Positions 11,201 to 20,287 of a DNA stretch of 64,000 bases are shown here, one piece after another (position 1 is the stretch's first letter; each line of letters starts with the position of its first letter). Below the pieces are notes generated by a model. That model was not told the DNA's origin, did not search any database, and worked only from the letters and a program-made list of their open reading frames with translations. The translations under genes were made by a program, and so were the position numbers. This DNA is from Desulfatiglandales bacterium (GTDB lineage: Bacteria > Desulfobacterota > DSM-4660 > Desulfatiglandales > HGW-15), in contig CAXXJJ010000004.1 in NCBI GenBank assembly GCA_963667015.2, positions 1,408,001 to 1,472,000 on the forward strand. Direction: 5' to 3'.

Positions 11201-12457
11201 CTCCTTTCAGTAAGGAGCGGAGCGCCTATATCTCAACCCGGCATGATGGATACATTTCTTAATGTTGGCATTAATGAGGATATAGTACAGGGGATAATAG
11301 ATATTACCGGCGAACCCTGGTTTGCCTGGGACTGCTACCGAAGATTTCTCCAGTCATATGGCATGGCATTTGGCCTGGACAGAAATGATTTTGATGACAT
11401 AATTGCAGACGTGAAGGAAGAACTGAACGTCCAGCACAAAATAAACCTCACCGGTGAACAGATGAAACAAATCACCCTTGATTATAAACGGTTTATAGTC
11501 AGCAGGGGAATTGATGTTGAGGAATCGCCAATAAAACAACTATACATCACAATCGGCAAGGTCCTTGAATCATGGAATACTCCTAAAGCCCGGGCATATC
11601 GAAAAATCATGAAAATATCCGACGATTGGGGAACGGCTGTTACAGTCCAGTCCATGGTATTTGGAAATATGCATAAGAATAGCGGTTCTGGCGTTGTTTT
11701 CACCCATAACCCCAGGCTCTCGGGAGACCTGATAACACTCTGGGGAGACTATGCTGTTGGAAACCAGGGGGAGGATGTTGTGTCGGGCCTTGTCAATACA
11801 ATGCCGATATCCAACCGGCAGGCGGAGACGGAAAACAGGGATATTAACAAATCCCTGCAGAATTCTTTCCCGAATATCTACAATGCCATAAGGAACTGCG
11901 CCAGGGAGCTGATATATGAAAAGAACTGGAGCCCGCAGGAGATGGAATTCACCTTTGAGTCCGACAAGGAAGAAGACCTGTATTTTTTGCAGACCAGGGA
12001 TATGGCAATAAGGCACGGTAAAAAGGTATTATCTTTTGCTGCCGATTCAAAAACGAACATAAGATTCCTTGGACATGGAATAGGTGTGAGCGGCGGCGCA
12101 ATGACAGGTAAAGTGGTATTCAATCTTGATGAAATCAGGTCCTTCAGAAAAAAAGAGCCTGAAACATCACTGATACTGGTCAGGGGAGATACTGTACCTG
12201 ATGACATTCAGGAAATATTTGAGAGTGATGGTCTGCTGACCGCCAGAGGAGGATCAACATCACATGCGGCTATTGTCGCGCACAGACTGGGAAAAACCTG
12301 CGTTGTGGGCAGCCCCAATCTTACATGTATGGAAAAGGACAGCAGTTGCTCCATCGATCAGGTTCACCTTAAAACAGGAGACTGGTTAAGTATTGACGGC
12401 AGAGAAGGGTCAATATACTCTGGTAAAATGGAAATAGAAGAAGTGGCAAGGAGGTAA
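8270..12457 (+). CDS. Large PPDK/PEP-synthase-like protein (ATP-grasp plus phosphohistidine swivel domain, long N-terminal extension)
   Basis: LGNKGLNL...VPPGFIITT, LLLSVRSGA..SQPGMMDTFLNVG, QGEDVVSG, GGSTSHAAIVA. The protein ends shortly after the swivel domain. Confidence 0.85.
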   Translation: MPSKALEVNIKTSRVDVIIREEYSVLREAMSRYPGILDNLKIFVTELCHPYKNWEFIAKEARTYSLDYFHLLKEHPEGPEAARLFIDIFLQTIMESQNTAVNQDGADNLLIYIQKIIKDSKADLPRFISVIGYSFDRIYSLEEKYFSLFVKSFYQINKIASLLAEQQLPADSVKSINTLLKKYLKESYDFWAHHKDPMEWFISEAAIPSSDTEALREIFRTVSHQDLKRYHDTLAKLINKYKNDENTLLKELITLPGYRQIADQYRKIPRLLFKKGEETGHGQYWKLIFLFHIMNMDGLSVIHEETLREVNRTLTHLIDTENPKNLQPLILKTFRILKESVTLYPGTALNCIGNMGTAIYKTDESELVDFFLESVMDLGFQTPDFKGVGNDWQAKVNRAHIQNIRTWLEIIELNPTWSKKLLSSLIIYLSVGGVYIRDTDLFPRDITNLLNSSIANVYNLIKQLTRLFPAYFNEIGAEGKLRDISTKLDEITFRKDILVHFVRKQSHVESSNRIIGLIETMLHFWLTKEKDGLKDFLPPDIYDRIKPDSPYFDGTHTLINDIFRRKGLKNIREILNIDIDTLRDTYKGNAEFKSIDLERIELSFTFYKLLVQKYSIDYLELDSYVNHLQPGYFSEINLLKDALSEEDTYHKISGLLTYLEKLREIILSADQYEIREDIYHKRHFTVDIPSMYGSYHERKFDSLGLTFRLESLVNTLFDDLVENIDLGLITRDTIFKINDYLILFNRALRLDGILSSEIEKQLELLKRSLEVRGFTFTQFIDIFRGFSQAVSNVVNDYFNAIHEQNLFKILSNTPRESLLSKYQPNSLSFSRDKLAHRVSEVFLRERIALALGLQQLDLFLSRIMKTLFRQADELPKDKLHLLLNYDPQKAISPIVSSNRLVSGVIHLGNKGLNLVSLHNNGFRVPPGFIITTEVYRYWDVIQGYKPAENNFIAQVDREIASIEIQTGKRFGNPGSPLLLSVRSGAPISQPGMMDTFLNVGINEDIVQGIIDITGEPWFAWDCYRRFLQSYGMAFGLDRNDFDDIIADVKEELNVQHKINLTGEQMKQITLDYKRFIVSRGIDVEESPIKQLYITIGKVLESWNTPKARAYRKIMKISDDWGTAVTVQSMVFGNMHKNSGSGVVFTHNPRLSGDLITLWGDYAVGNQGEDVVSGLVNTMPISNRQAETENRDINKSLQNSFPNIYNAIRNCARELIYEKNWSPQEMEFTFESDKEEDLYFLQTRDMAIRHGKKVLSFAADSKTNIRFLGHGIGVSGGAMTGKVVFNLDEIRSFRKKEPETSLILVRGDTVPDDIQEIFESDGLLTARGGSTSHAAIVAHRLGKTCVVGSPNLTCMEKDSSCSIDQVHLKTGDWLSIDGREGSIYSGKMEIEEVARR

Positions 12458-12460
12458 AAT

Positions 12461-13729
12461 ATGGAGGAAAAGGATATGCATACAAATGATAGCGACCTGG
12501 TTCTGGGTATAAACGGTTTAGGAAGAATTGGAAAACTGACGCTGTGGCACCATGTGGGCAGAAAATATTTTAAGGAAATCGTGATAAACATGGGCAGATC
12601 AGTAGGGACATCGATGAAGGATCTTGCCCACTATATTGAGCGGGATTCCACCTATGGCTGGCTCCATGGACACCTCTACGGATATAAGGCAAAAAGAGTA
12701 GTTACAGATATTAATGAATCGGACGGATCAATGCTTATTGACGGCATTAAGGTTACCTTTTTAAGGGACACCAGGAATCCACGGGAAATCAAATGGGCGG
12801 ATCACGATGTCAGGATTGTTGTTGATGCGACCGGACAATTTCTTGACCCCACAAAACCTGGAGACAGCCCGGGGGGGGCTGCAAGGGGCCACCTTGAAGC
12901 AGGAGCCCATAAGGTTATTGTTTCGGCGCCTTTTAAGATAAAAGACAAAAGCCTCCCCATGCCGGAAGACGCAGTCACAACCGTTATGGGAATAAATGGA
13001 AATGACTATGACCCGAGGCGTCATAATATAATATCCAATGCATCATGTACCACTACCTGCCTGGCCCATATGATTAAACCCCTGATTGATAATTATGGCC
13101 CCAAGAGAATGCTCTCGGCATCCATGGCTACAATTCACGCCATGACAGGTTCACAGGAAGTTCTTGATAAAGCGGCAAAGGCAGGGGCAACTGATCTCAG
13201 AAAAACCCGGAGTGTTATGAACAATATTATTCTGACCACAACCGGTGCAGCCAACACCCTTGGCCTCGTAATACCCGAGATGAAACAGATCGGTTTTATT
13301 GCCGAATCGGTCAGGGTCCCGCTTACAACCGGATCTTTAATAATACTGGTTATCAACCTTCAGGAGGACCCTTCGGGAGAACCAATAAGAAGAGATACTA
13401 TAAATAAAATTTACAGTGACACAGCAAGCAGCGATTCACATGGCTATCTGCAGTATACCGATGAACAGAATGTTTCGAGTGATATCATCGGTATCCCAAA
13501 GGTAGCTACTATTATAGAGGGGCATGAAACACATACACGAACGGCAGATGTAACCATTGATCTTAAAAAGGTTTCAGGAATTCCAGGAGAATTACTGGCG
13601 AACCTGGATCATGCATATGCCAAGGTTTCAATCACACAGGCGGTCATATATGGCTGGTATGACAATGAATCAGGCAGCTATGTAAACATGCTTGGAGACA
13701 GAGTAGTATCTATCGCCGAGAATTTATAA
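12461..13729 (+). CDS. gap: Glyceraldehyde-3-phosphate dehydrogenase family protein (divergent, 422 aa)
   Basis: GINGLGRIG, SNASCTTTCLA, TTTGAA, WYDNE. Confidence 0.88.
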   Translation: MEEKDMHTNDSDLVLGINGLGRIGKLTLWHHVGRKYFKEIVINMGRSVGTSMKDLAHYIERDSTYGWLHGHLYGYKAKRVVTDINESDGSMLIDGIKVTFLRDTRNPREIKWADHDVRIVVDATGQFLDPTKPGDSPGGAARGHLEAGAHKVIVSAPFKIKDKSLPMPEDAVTTVMGINGNDYDPRRHNIISNASCTTTCLAHMIKPLIDNYGPKRMLSASMATIHAMTGSQEVLDKAAKAGATDLRKTRSVMNNIILTTTGAANTLGLVIPEMKQIGFIAESVRVPLTTGSLIILVINLQEDPSGEPIRRDTINKIYSDTASSDSHGYLQYTDEQNVSSDIIGIPKVATIIEGHETHTRTADVTIDLKKVSGIPGELLANLDHAYAKVSITQAVIYGWYDNESGSYVNMLGDRVVSIAENL

Positions 13730-13806
13730 TATTTTCAGCGATAAATCCTCAATTAATGCCCATCCGTAAACAATAAGAAGGCATTAATGGGTTTCCAATT
13801 ATATTA

Positions 13807-13834
13807 TTGACATTCATAAATATTACCCTATAAT
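13807..13834 (+). promoter_or_regulatory. Sigma70-type promoter upstream of the rpsU leader
   Basis: TTGACA-16 nt-TATAAT. Confidence 0.6.
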
Positions 13835-14118
13835 GGCCTATTCTGTAATTATTATATTTACAGGTAGCTTTATAATCAGTATTATCAGATAGTTATTTAA
13901 CTCACTATCTGCCGAAATTTTTGCAAAGGGGGTGATTCCTATAAATATTTTTTACCGGATCCATATAAAAATATTTCATTTTAATTCTGTAAGTTCAGGA
14001 TACCCCTGCATTACTGGGCGTTTTATTAATGCTTTCAGTGGTATATCGGGCAGAAGTGAGGAAACACAGATGTAATAATATATTACTATCATTGTATTAT
14101 TCTGCCCTGAATCATTGT

Positions 14119-14155
14119 AAGCATTCCAAAACTTTACCTGGAATGCTTTTTTTTT
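14119..14155 (+). terminator. Intrinsic terminator-like hairpin about 50 nt upstream of rpsU
   Basis: AAGCATTCCA-10 nt-TGGAATGCTT followed by a T run. Confidence 0.65.
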
Positions 14156-14203
14156 GTGAAATATGGATTAGTTCCAAATCTATTTTAAATAAAGAGAGAA
14201 AAT

Positions 14204-14401
14204 ATGAAAGTAATCGTACAAAACAATCAGATCGAAAGAGCAATTAAAGATTTAAAGAAAAAACTAACAAAAGAAGGATTTTTCTCAGAAATCAAAGAAC
14301 GCCGGTTCTATGACAAACCAAGCGTCCAGAAGAAGAAAAAACAGGCAAAGGCCGCAAAGAGACGCAGGAAAAGGATGAGGAAATTTACCCCAAGATTCTA
14401 A
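14204..14401 (+). CDS. rpsU: 30S ribosomal protein S21
   Basis: IERAIKDLKKK...ERRFYDKPSVQKKKKQAKAAKRRRK. Confidence 0.93.
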   Translation: MKVIVQNNQIERAIKDLKKKLTKEGFFSEIKERRFYDKPSVQKKKKQAKAAKRRRKRMRKFTPRF

Positions 14402-14681
14402 TTGTCTTTCTGTTAACCAACCTTACCTATAGGAATTCTCCTGTTGTTCTTTTGGAGAATTCCTAAACAGAAATAATTTTTTCCACTGGGCATTCTATAT
14501 GGGTTACCTTTCAATCATCAAAACAACTTAACTTTGGCAATTTTCACATGAATGATATCATTAATATTATACAATTACAGGGCTTTTCCCTTGACAAAAT
14601 ATTGATGAGCAGGTAAATACGCAAAAATTATTAAACTCTTTCTTAAGAAAGCTTTTAACTCAACCCAAAGAGGATTAATAG

Positions 14682-15431
14682 ATGACAAACAATGAACATT
14701 CCTCTGGAAATTCATCCGGTGATGGGTGGATTCCATCACTGATCCACTCAATATTATCCTACTATTCAGGTATGATTTCCAACCCATTTAAAAGCGGGCT
14801 TGCCTACTTTGTATCAGGACTTGTCTTTATGCTGATTATAGGATGGCTGGTTTTTCCGATGGCACTGTACTCAAAACAGGAGCAACCGATTAACTTTAAC
14901 CATGCCCTGCATATGGATCCTGATATTGTTAATAAAATTAAAGGCGCCGATATAACAATGGGTAATACTGATGCTGAAAAGTGTCATTATTGTCATTCAT
15001 TCAGGGATGACGGCAGTTTTACAGGCATACCCAAAATAGACGTATGTGTAAAATGTCATGTTGCCTCAGAGTCTCCGCTTGGAGAAACCCCTGAAGAAGA
15101 ATTATTCATGAACGAATATGTCAGAAAAGGTAAAGAGGTCGAATGGCTGCCATACTCAAGACAGCCGGATTGCGTCTATTTCCCTCATATCGCGCATATT
15201 AATATGGGGGAACTGGAATGTAGAACATGCCATGGAGACCATAGTAAAACCATGACCCTGCCACCATATGAAAAGAATCGAATATCGGGGTACAGCAGAA
15301 ATATCTGGGGAAAAAATATAGCAGGTTTTAAAACAAACAGCTGGGATCGCATGAAAATGGATGACTGTGCTGCCTGCCATACTGAAAAAGGGCATGAAGA
15401 AAATAATGCCTGTTTTGTCTGTCACAAATAG
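14682..15431 (+). CDS. qrcA: Membrane-anchored pentaheme cytochrome c, QrcA-like
   Basis: N-terminal TM helix, five CxxCH motifs (CHYCH, CVKCH, CRTCH, CAACH, CFVCH), first gene of the operon. Confidence 0.85.
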   Translation: MTNNEHSSGNSSGDGWIPSLIHSILSYYSGMISNPFKSGLAYFVSGLVFMLIIGWLVFPMALYSKQEQPINFNHALHMDPDIVNKIKGADITMGNTDAEKCHYCHSFRDDGSFTGIPKIDVCVKCHVASESPLGETPEEELFMNEYVRKGKEVEWLPYSRQPDCVYFPHIAHINMGELECRTCHGDHSKTMTLPPYEKNRISGYSRNIWGKNIAGFKTNSWDRMKMDDCAACHTEKGHEENNACFVCHK

Positions 15432-17899
15432 TGGGGCTAAAAAATATGAAATCCAAGGAAAAAGACATTACCGAACTATTAGCCATAAATCGTAGAAATT
15501 TCGTAAAACTGGCAGTTGGTGTTGCAGCGGGGACAGGACTTTCACCTCTTCCCTGGAAATTGATGGATGATTCTGCGATATTCTCCCAGAATTTTCCATG
15601 GTTAACTGTTCCGGAAGAAGGAGAAGTTACAAAAGTAAAATCTCACTGTTCGTTATGTCCGGGCGGCTGTGGTATTGAAGTAAGAAAAGTCGGGAATAGA
15701 GCAGTCAAGATAGAAGGCCGGACCGATCATCCAATAAATCCGGGCGGCATATGTCCTTTGGGTATGGGAGGCCTGCAGCTTCTTTATAATGAAAATAATC
15801 GATTTACCGGACCGATGAAAAGAAAGGGGGCAAGAGGCGCAGGAGTATTTGAGCCCATAACATGGGATGAAGCGCTCCAAATGCTTGCTCAGAGAATACT
15901 CAAACTGAGAACCAAAGGTAAGTCAAACTCTATTGTTGCAGTTGATGGCAACCGAACCGGATCAACAATCTCTGAAATGATTTCAAGGTTTATGAAGACT
16001 GTCGGAAGCAATAATTATATGAAGATGCCCAGCGCAGAGGATACCAACTCTATTGTTTCCAGGCTTATGTATGGTTCAGACAATCCTTTAACCTATGACC
16101 TTGAAAACTCGGACTTTATACTCAGTTTCGGCTGCGGTCTTCTTGAAGGTTGGGGAGCTCCGGGACGTGTCCTCAATGCATGGGGCGTATGGAAATCAGC
16201 TGAAAATAAAGGAAAAACGATCATAATGCAGGTTGAGTCAAGGGCTTCAAATACTGCCTCAAAAGCAGACAAATGGATACCTGCAAAACCAGGCACTGAA
16301 ACCGCCCTTGCCCTTGGAATAGCCCATGTAATTATCAAAGAAAATCTTTACAATAAAGAGTTTGTGGATAACAGGACTTTTGGATTTGAGTCACATGGAG
16401 AATATAAAGGTTTCAGGGATTACATTCTGAAAACCTGTACACCGGAGAAGATATCGGTTATTACCGGCATAGCACCTGAAGAAATTACTTCAATAGCAAG
16501 GGCCTTTGCCAGTGCAAAATCCCCTGTAGCTATATGTGGTAAGGGAAAGGGCCTCTTAAACGGCGATATTTATGAGTTCATGGCCGTCCATACACTCAAT
16601 GCCTTGACAGGAAGCATCAATAAACCGGGCGGTGTGTTTATTAACAATCCTCTCCCGCTCAATCCTCTACCGGAGGCAGAAATTGATGACCTTGCGGCTG
16701 AATCATTAAATGAGCCATGCTTGAGTAAAAAAGGTTTTAATCTTAACAGATACTGCAGCCAGTTAAACATTCTCTCAGATACTGTTTTATCCGCAAAAGA
16801 TCAGGCTATAGATATTTTGCTCGTTTTCGCTTCAAATCCTGCTTATACCCTGCCGGACGGAGGAGACTTTTATCAGAGCCTGACAAAAGTGCCGTGGATT
16901 GTGAGTTTTTCACCATACCTGGATGAAACAGCATTAATGGCAGACCTTATTCTTCCTGATCATACATATCTGGAAAAAATAGATGATATTCCATGTCCAT
17001 CATCTCTTCAGTATAATTTCTATGGGCTGACACAACCCGTTATACCGCCTCTCTATGACACTAAAAACACCGGTGACGTACTGCTGCAACTGGCAGAAAT
17101 AATAGGCGGATCGGTTTATAAATCATTTCCATGGAAAAATTACGAAGAGGTATTAAAGGCAAGAGTACTTGGCCTTTATGAAAGCGGTGAGGGGACAGTA
17201 AGCTACGCTTCTTCAACCACACCCTGGGAACTTTTAAAGAGCAATACAAAGACTGCTCCTGACTATACAAGTTTCGATACCATGTGGGAAAACCTCAAAA
17301 ATGGCGGAATGTGGTACAATCCAATATCTAACATGAAAGCGGATAAAGACCTTTTTAATACCGAGAGCGGGAAATTTGAATTTTTCAGTAACAGGTTAAA
17401 ATCAGCATTTGAGGAATCGGAAAGGCCGGAATTTTCAGTTTCTGAAGAAATACTTTTCATGCCCCATTTTGAGTCCGAGGAAAAGGATGAAGAAATGTAT
17501 TCACTTAAGATGGTGCCATATGAGTTGATAAACCTTTCAAGCGGATGGCTTCCTGATCCTCCATATCTTTACAAAACTCTTTTTGATCATCAGCTTCTCA
17601 AGGATGACTCTTTTATAGAGATAAATCCGGAGACTGCACATAAATACGAATTAACAGAGGGTGATAAAGTAACAGTTACCTCAGAAAAGGGAAGTGTCGA
17701 AGCGAAGGTGCATCTGTTTGAAGGTGCAATGCCTGATGTTATTTACATGCCAATGGGATTCGGTCACACGGCATTTGATGATTTCATAAAGGGCAAGGGT
17801 TGCAACCCGAACAGCCTTATGGGCGTAAGTAAAGATGCGTTGAGCGGCCAGGCGGCATGGTGGAATACTCCGGTAAGAATTAAAAAAGTATATATATAG
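15431..17899 (+). CDS. qrcB: Molybdopterin-oxidoreductase-family subunit, QrcB-like
   Basis: Tat motif NRRNFVK, CSLCPGGC...GGICP Fe-S motif, MGD-binding-type C-terminus. Start may be ATG 15446. Confidence 0.85.
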   Translation: MGLKNMKSKEKDITELLAINRRNFVKLAVGVAAGTGLSPLPWKLMDDSAIFSQNFPWLTVPEEGEVTKVKSHCSLCPGGCGIEVRKVGNRAVKIEGRTDHPINPGGICPLGMGGLQLLYNENNRFTGPMKRKGARGAGVFEPITWDEALQMLAQRILKLRTKGKSNSIVAVDGNRTGSTISEMISRFMKTVGSNNYMKMPSAEDTNSIVSRLMYGSDNPLTYDLENSDFILSFGCGLLEGWGAPGRVLNAWGVWKSAENKGKTIIMQVESRASNTASKADKWIPAKPGTETALALGIAHVIIKENLYNKEFVDNRTFGFESHGEYKGFRDYILKTCTPEKISVITGIAPEEITSIARAFASAKSPVAICGKGKGLLNGDIYEFMAVHTLNALTGSINKPGGVFINNPLPLNPLPEAEIDDLAAESLNEPCLSKKGFNLNRYCSQLNILSDTVLSAKDQAIDILLVFASNPAYTLPDGGDFYQSLTKVPWIVSFSPYLDETALMADLILPDHTYLEKIDDIPCPSSLQYNFYGLTQPVIPPLYDTKNTGDVLLQLAEIIGGSVYKSFPWKNYEEVLKARVLGLYESGEGTVSYASSTTPWELLKSNTKTAPDYTSFDTMWENLKNGGMWYNPISNMKADKDLFNTESGKFEFFSNRLKSAFEESERPEFSVSEEILFMPHFESEEKDEEMYSLKMVPYELINLSSGWLPDPPYLYKTLFDHQLLKDDSFIEINPETAHKYELTEGDKVTVTSEKGSVEAKVHLFEGAMPDVIYMPMGFGHTAFDDFIKGKGCNPNSLMGVSKDALSGQAAWWNTPVRIKKVYI

Positions 17900-17908
17900 A
17901 GGCAGAAC

Positions 17909-18721
17909 ATGGAAAAAACAGAAACCCATGGCAATAAATATGGAATGGTAATTGATCTGGATAAATGTACCGGATGCGGTACATGCATGGTTGCCTGTGC
18001 TTCAGAAAATAATGTAACCGTTCGCAGAAATGAATCAGATAAGGAACGCAGTATTACCTGGATGAGTCTTTATAAAATTGACAACGGTAAGCCTTTCCCT
18101 GATACAGAAGTAAGTTATTTCCCCCGCCCTTGCATGCACTGTGATGAAGACGGCCACGGCGGACATCATTCACCCTGTGTATCTGTATGTCCCGCAACAG
18201 CAACAAAACTTGATCACAATACGGGTATTGTTTCCCAGATTTACACAAGATGTGTTGGCTGCAGATACTGTCAGGCAGCGTGTCCTTATCATGCAAGATA
18301 CTTCAACTGGTGGGACGGTTATTCTTTTATTCAACCCTTTGCTAAGGGAATGGAGAGATCTCTTTCGCCTGAAGTATCCCCCAGAATGAGGGGTGTCGTA
18401 GAAAAATGTTCTTTCTGCCACCACCGCCTGATGAGGGCAAAGACTAGGGCATACGCTGAGAAGAGAAGAGAACTCAAAGAAGAAGAATATACTACTGCCT
18501 GTACCGAGGCCTGCCCGGCACAGGCAATCACATTCGGGGATTTAAATAACCCCGAACATATGGTTTCAAAACTGGCAAAAAGTGACAGGGCGTTCAGGCT
18601 TCTTGAAAGATTGAACTCAAAACCAAAGGTTTATTACCTATCCTCAAAAGCCTGGGTAAGAAAATTTGGTGATAATTATGGTCCTGACGAGTTCAAGCCT
18701 GTAACCAAGAAAGATATTTAA
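17909..18721 (+). CDS. qrcC: 4Fe-4S electron-transfer subunit, QrcC-like
   Basis: YGMVIDLDKCTGCGTCMVAC, CVGCRYCQAACPY, EKCSFC, CTEACP. Confidence 0.9.
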   Translation: MEKTETHGNKYGMVIDLDKCTGCGTCMVACASENNVTVRRNESDKERSITWMSLYKIDNGKPFPDTEVSYFPRPCMHCDEDGHGGHHSPCVSVCPATATKLDHNTGIVSQIYTRCVGCRYCQAACPYHARYFNWWDGYSFIQPFAKGMERSLSPEVSPRMRGVVEKCSFCHHRLMRAKTRAYAEKRRELKEEEYTTACTEACPAQAITFGDLNNPEHMVSKLAKSDRAFRLLERLNSKPKVYYLSSKAWVRKFGDNYGPDEFKPVTKKDI

Positions 18722-18737
18722 CGAGGAGGATTATAGA

Positions 18738-19973
18738 ATGGATTCCGCTTTTATACCAGAAGGAGCAAAAAGATGCTCTACATCATCCTTTTTCTTCTGG
18801 ACACTGCCATGGGTTCTGCTTCTTGCCTTTGGAGGATTTTGTGCAGTTCTATGCCTGATCCTCGGTCTGAATCAGACAAACATGAGTGATATCTTTGCAT
18901 TCGCACTTTGGATAGTATTCGACCTTGCCATAATAGCCCTTGGCGCTGGAGCCTTTTTTACCGGTTTTCTTACATATATTGTTAAAAAAGATGAACTGAA
19001 AGATATTATTAATACTGCTGTTATAATTGGCTTTATATGCTATTCCGGGGCAATGGGTTTGCTCGCAATAGATATCGGGCAGCCTCTAAGAAACTGGTTT
19101 TTCTTCTGGCATGCAAATATACATTCCATGCTGGTCGAGGTCTCATTCTGCATTACCTGCTATCTTAGTGTACTTGCAATAGAATATATCCCTCTTATAT
19201 TTGAAAATCGTCAGCTTGAGAAGGTAAAAGAGTTTCATTTCTTCGGACATCACCTTCATCACATAATGGCAATCTTCGCTGCCACGGGAACATTTCTTTC
19301 ATTTTTTCACCAGGGTTCACTGGGGGGCATGTTTGGAGTAATTTATGTGAGGCCCTTTGTAGAGCGCGGAGGTTTCTATATCTGGCCCTGGACATTTTTT
19401 CTTTTTATATTATCAGCAATCGCTGCAGGTCCATGTTTTACAATCCTGTGTACAAAGCTGACTGAAGCAATAACCAGAAAGAGGCTTGTCCCTGATAAGG
19501 CGATACAGACACTTGCAAAGATATCTGGCGGTCTCCTTGCGCTTTATATGGTGTTAAAGATAGCAGATACAGTTGGATGGGCTCTTGGCCTGCCGCAGGC
19601 CGGACAGAGTCTGGACACCTTTTTAAAAGAAGGTTTTTACGGCAAAATGATGCTTTTCTTTGAGATAGGAATTTTTGGAATAATTCCTATGATACTCCTG
19701 TTGATTCCAGCTACAAGAAAAAATAAATTGTGGCTGATAATCGCCTGCCTCATGAATTGTACGGGAATAGTCCTTAACAGATTTATTGTTATTATCGGAT
19801 CGGCAGCAATACCTGTAATGCCTTTTGATAAGTTATGGACATATATGCCGACATGGCAGGAATGGGGAATAGCACTGGCAATGATTGGATATGGATTTCT
19901 GCTCTTTTCACTTTCATACAGGTATTTGCCGGTTTTCCCGAAAGAGAAAGAACTTAATTCTTTTTCGGCTTAG
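18738..19973 (+). CDS. qrcD: NrfD/PsrC-family integral membrane subunit, QrcD-like
   Basis: Multi-TM protein, DIGQPLR, SFFHQGSLGG, follows QrcC. Confidence 0.88.
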   Translation: MDSAFIPEGAKRCSTSSFFFWTLPWVLLLAFGGFCAVLCLILGLNQTNMSDIFAFALWIVFDLAIIALGAGAFFTGFLTYIVKKDELKDIINTAVIIGFICYSGAMGLLAIDIGQPLRNWFFFWHANIHSMLVEVSFCITCYLSVLAIEYIPLIFENRQLEKVKEFHFFGHHLHHIMAIFAATGTFLSFFHQGSLGGMFGVIYVRPFVERGGFYIWPWTFFLFILSAIAAGPCFTILCTKLTEAITRKRLVPDKAIQTLAKISGGLLALYMVLKIADTVGWALGLPQAGQSLDTFLKEGFYGKMMLFFEIGIFGIIPMILLLIPATRKNKLWLIIACLMNCTGIVLNRFIVIIGSAAIPVMPFDKLWTYMPTWQEWGIALAMIGYGFLLFSLSYRYLPVFPKEKELNSFSA

Positions 19974-20011
19974 TTTAATTTTTTCAGTAATGATTTTACA
20001 GGAGATACATA

Positions 20012-20209
20012 ATGACTCCCCTATCATTTGAATGGCAATGGAATGTTGAATATTTTATTTTCTTTGGCCTTCTTTATCTTGCTCTTACAATAGTAGGCTG
20101 CGGAACAATATATTCGATTATTAGAGCGTGGCTTGATTTGATGAAGGATGAAGGTGAAAATTCTTCATCCCAAAAAATTGATCAAAGGTTAAAGTATACA
20201 GATTATTAA
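20012..20209 (+). CDS. Small membrane protein closing the qrc operon
   Basis: 65 aa, one TM helix, RBS AGGAGA. Confidence 0.7.
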   Translation: MTPLSFEWQWNVEYFIFFGLLYLALTIVGCGTIYSIIRAWLDLMKDEGENSSSQKIDQRLKYTDY

Positions 20210-20228
20210 TTTTAATAATCACCAGAAT

Positions 20229-20278
20229 AAAAGCAAAGCCTGTTATCAGCTTTTCGATAACAGGCTTTGTTATATTTT
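20229..20278. terminator. Bidirectional terminator between the convergent qrc operon and nadB
   Basis: CAAAGCCTGTTATC...GATAACAGGCTTTG hairpin. Confidence 0.7.
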
Positions 20279-20287
20279 AGCAAAATT

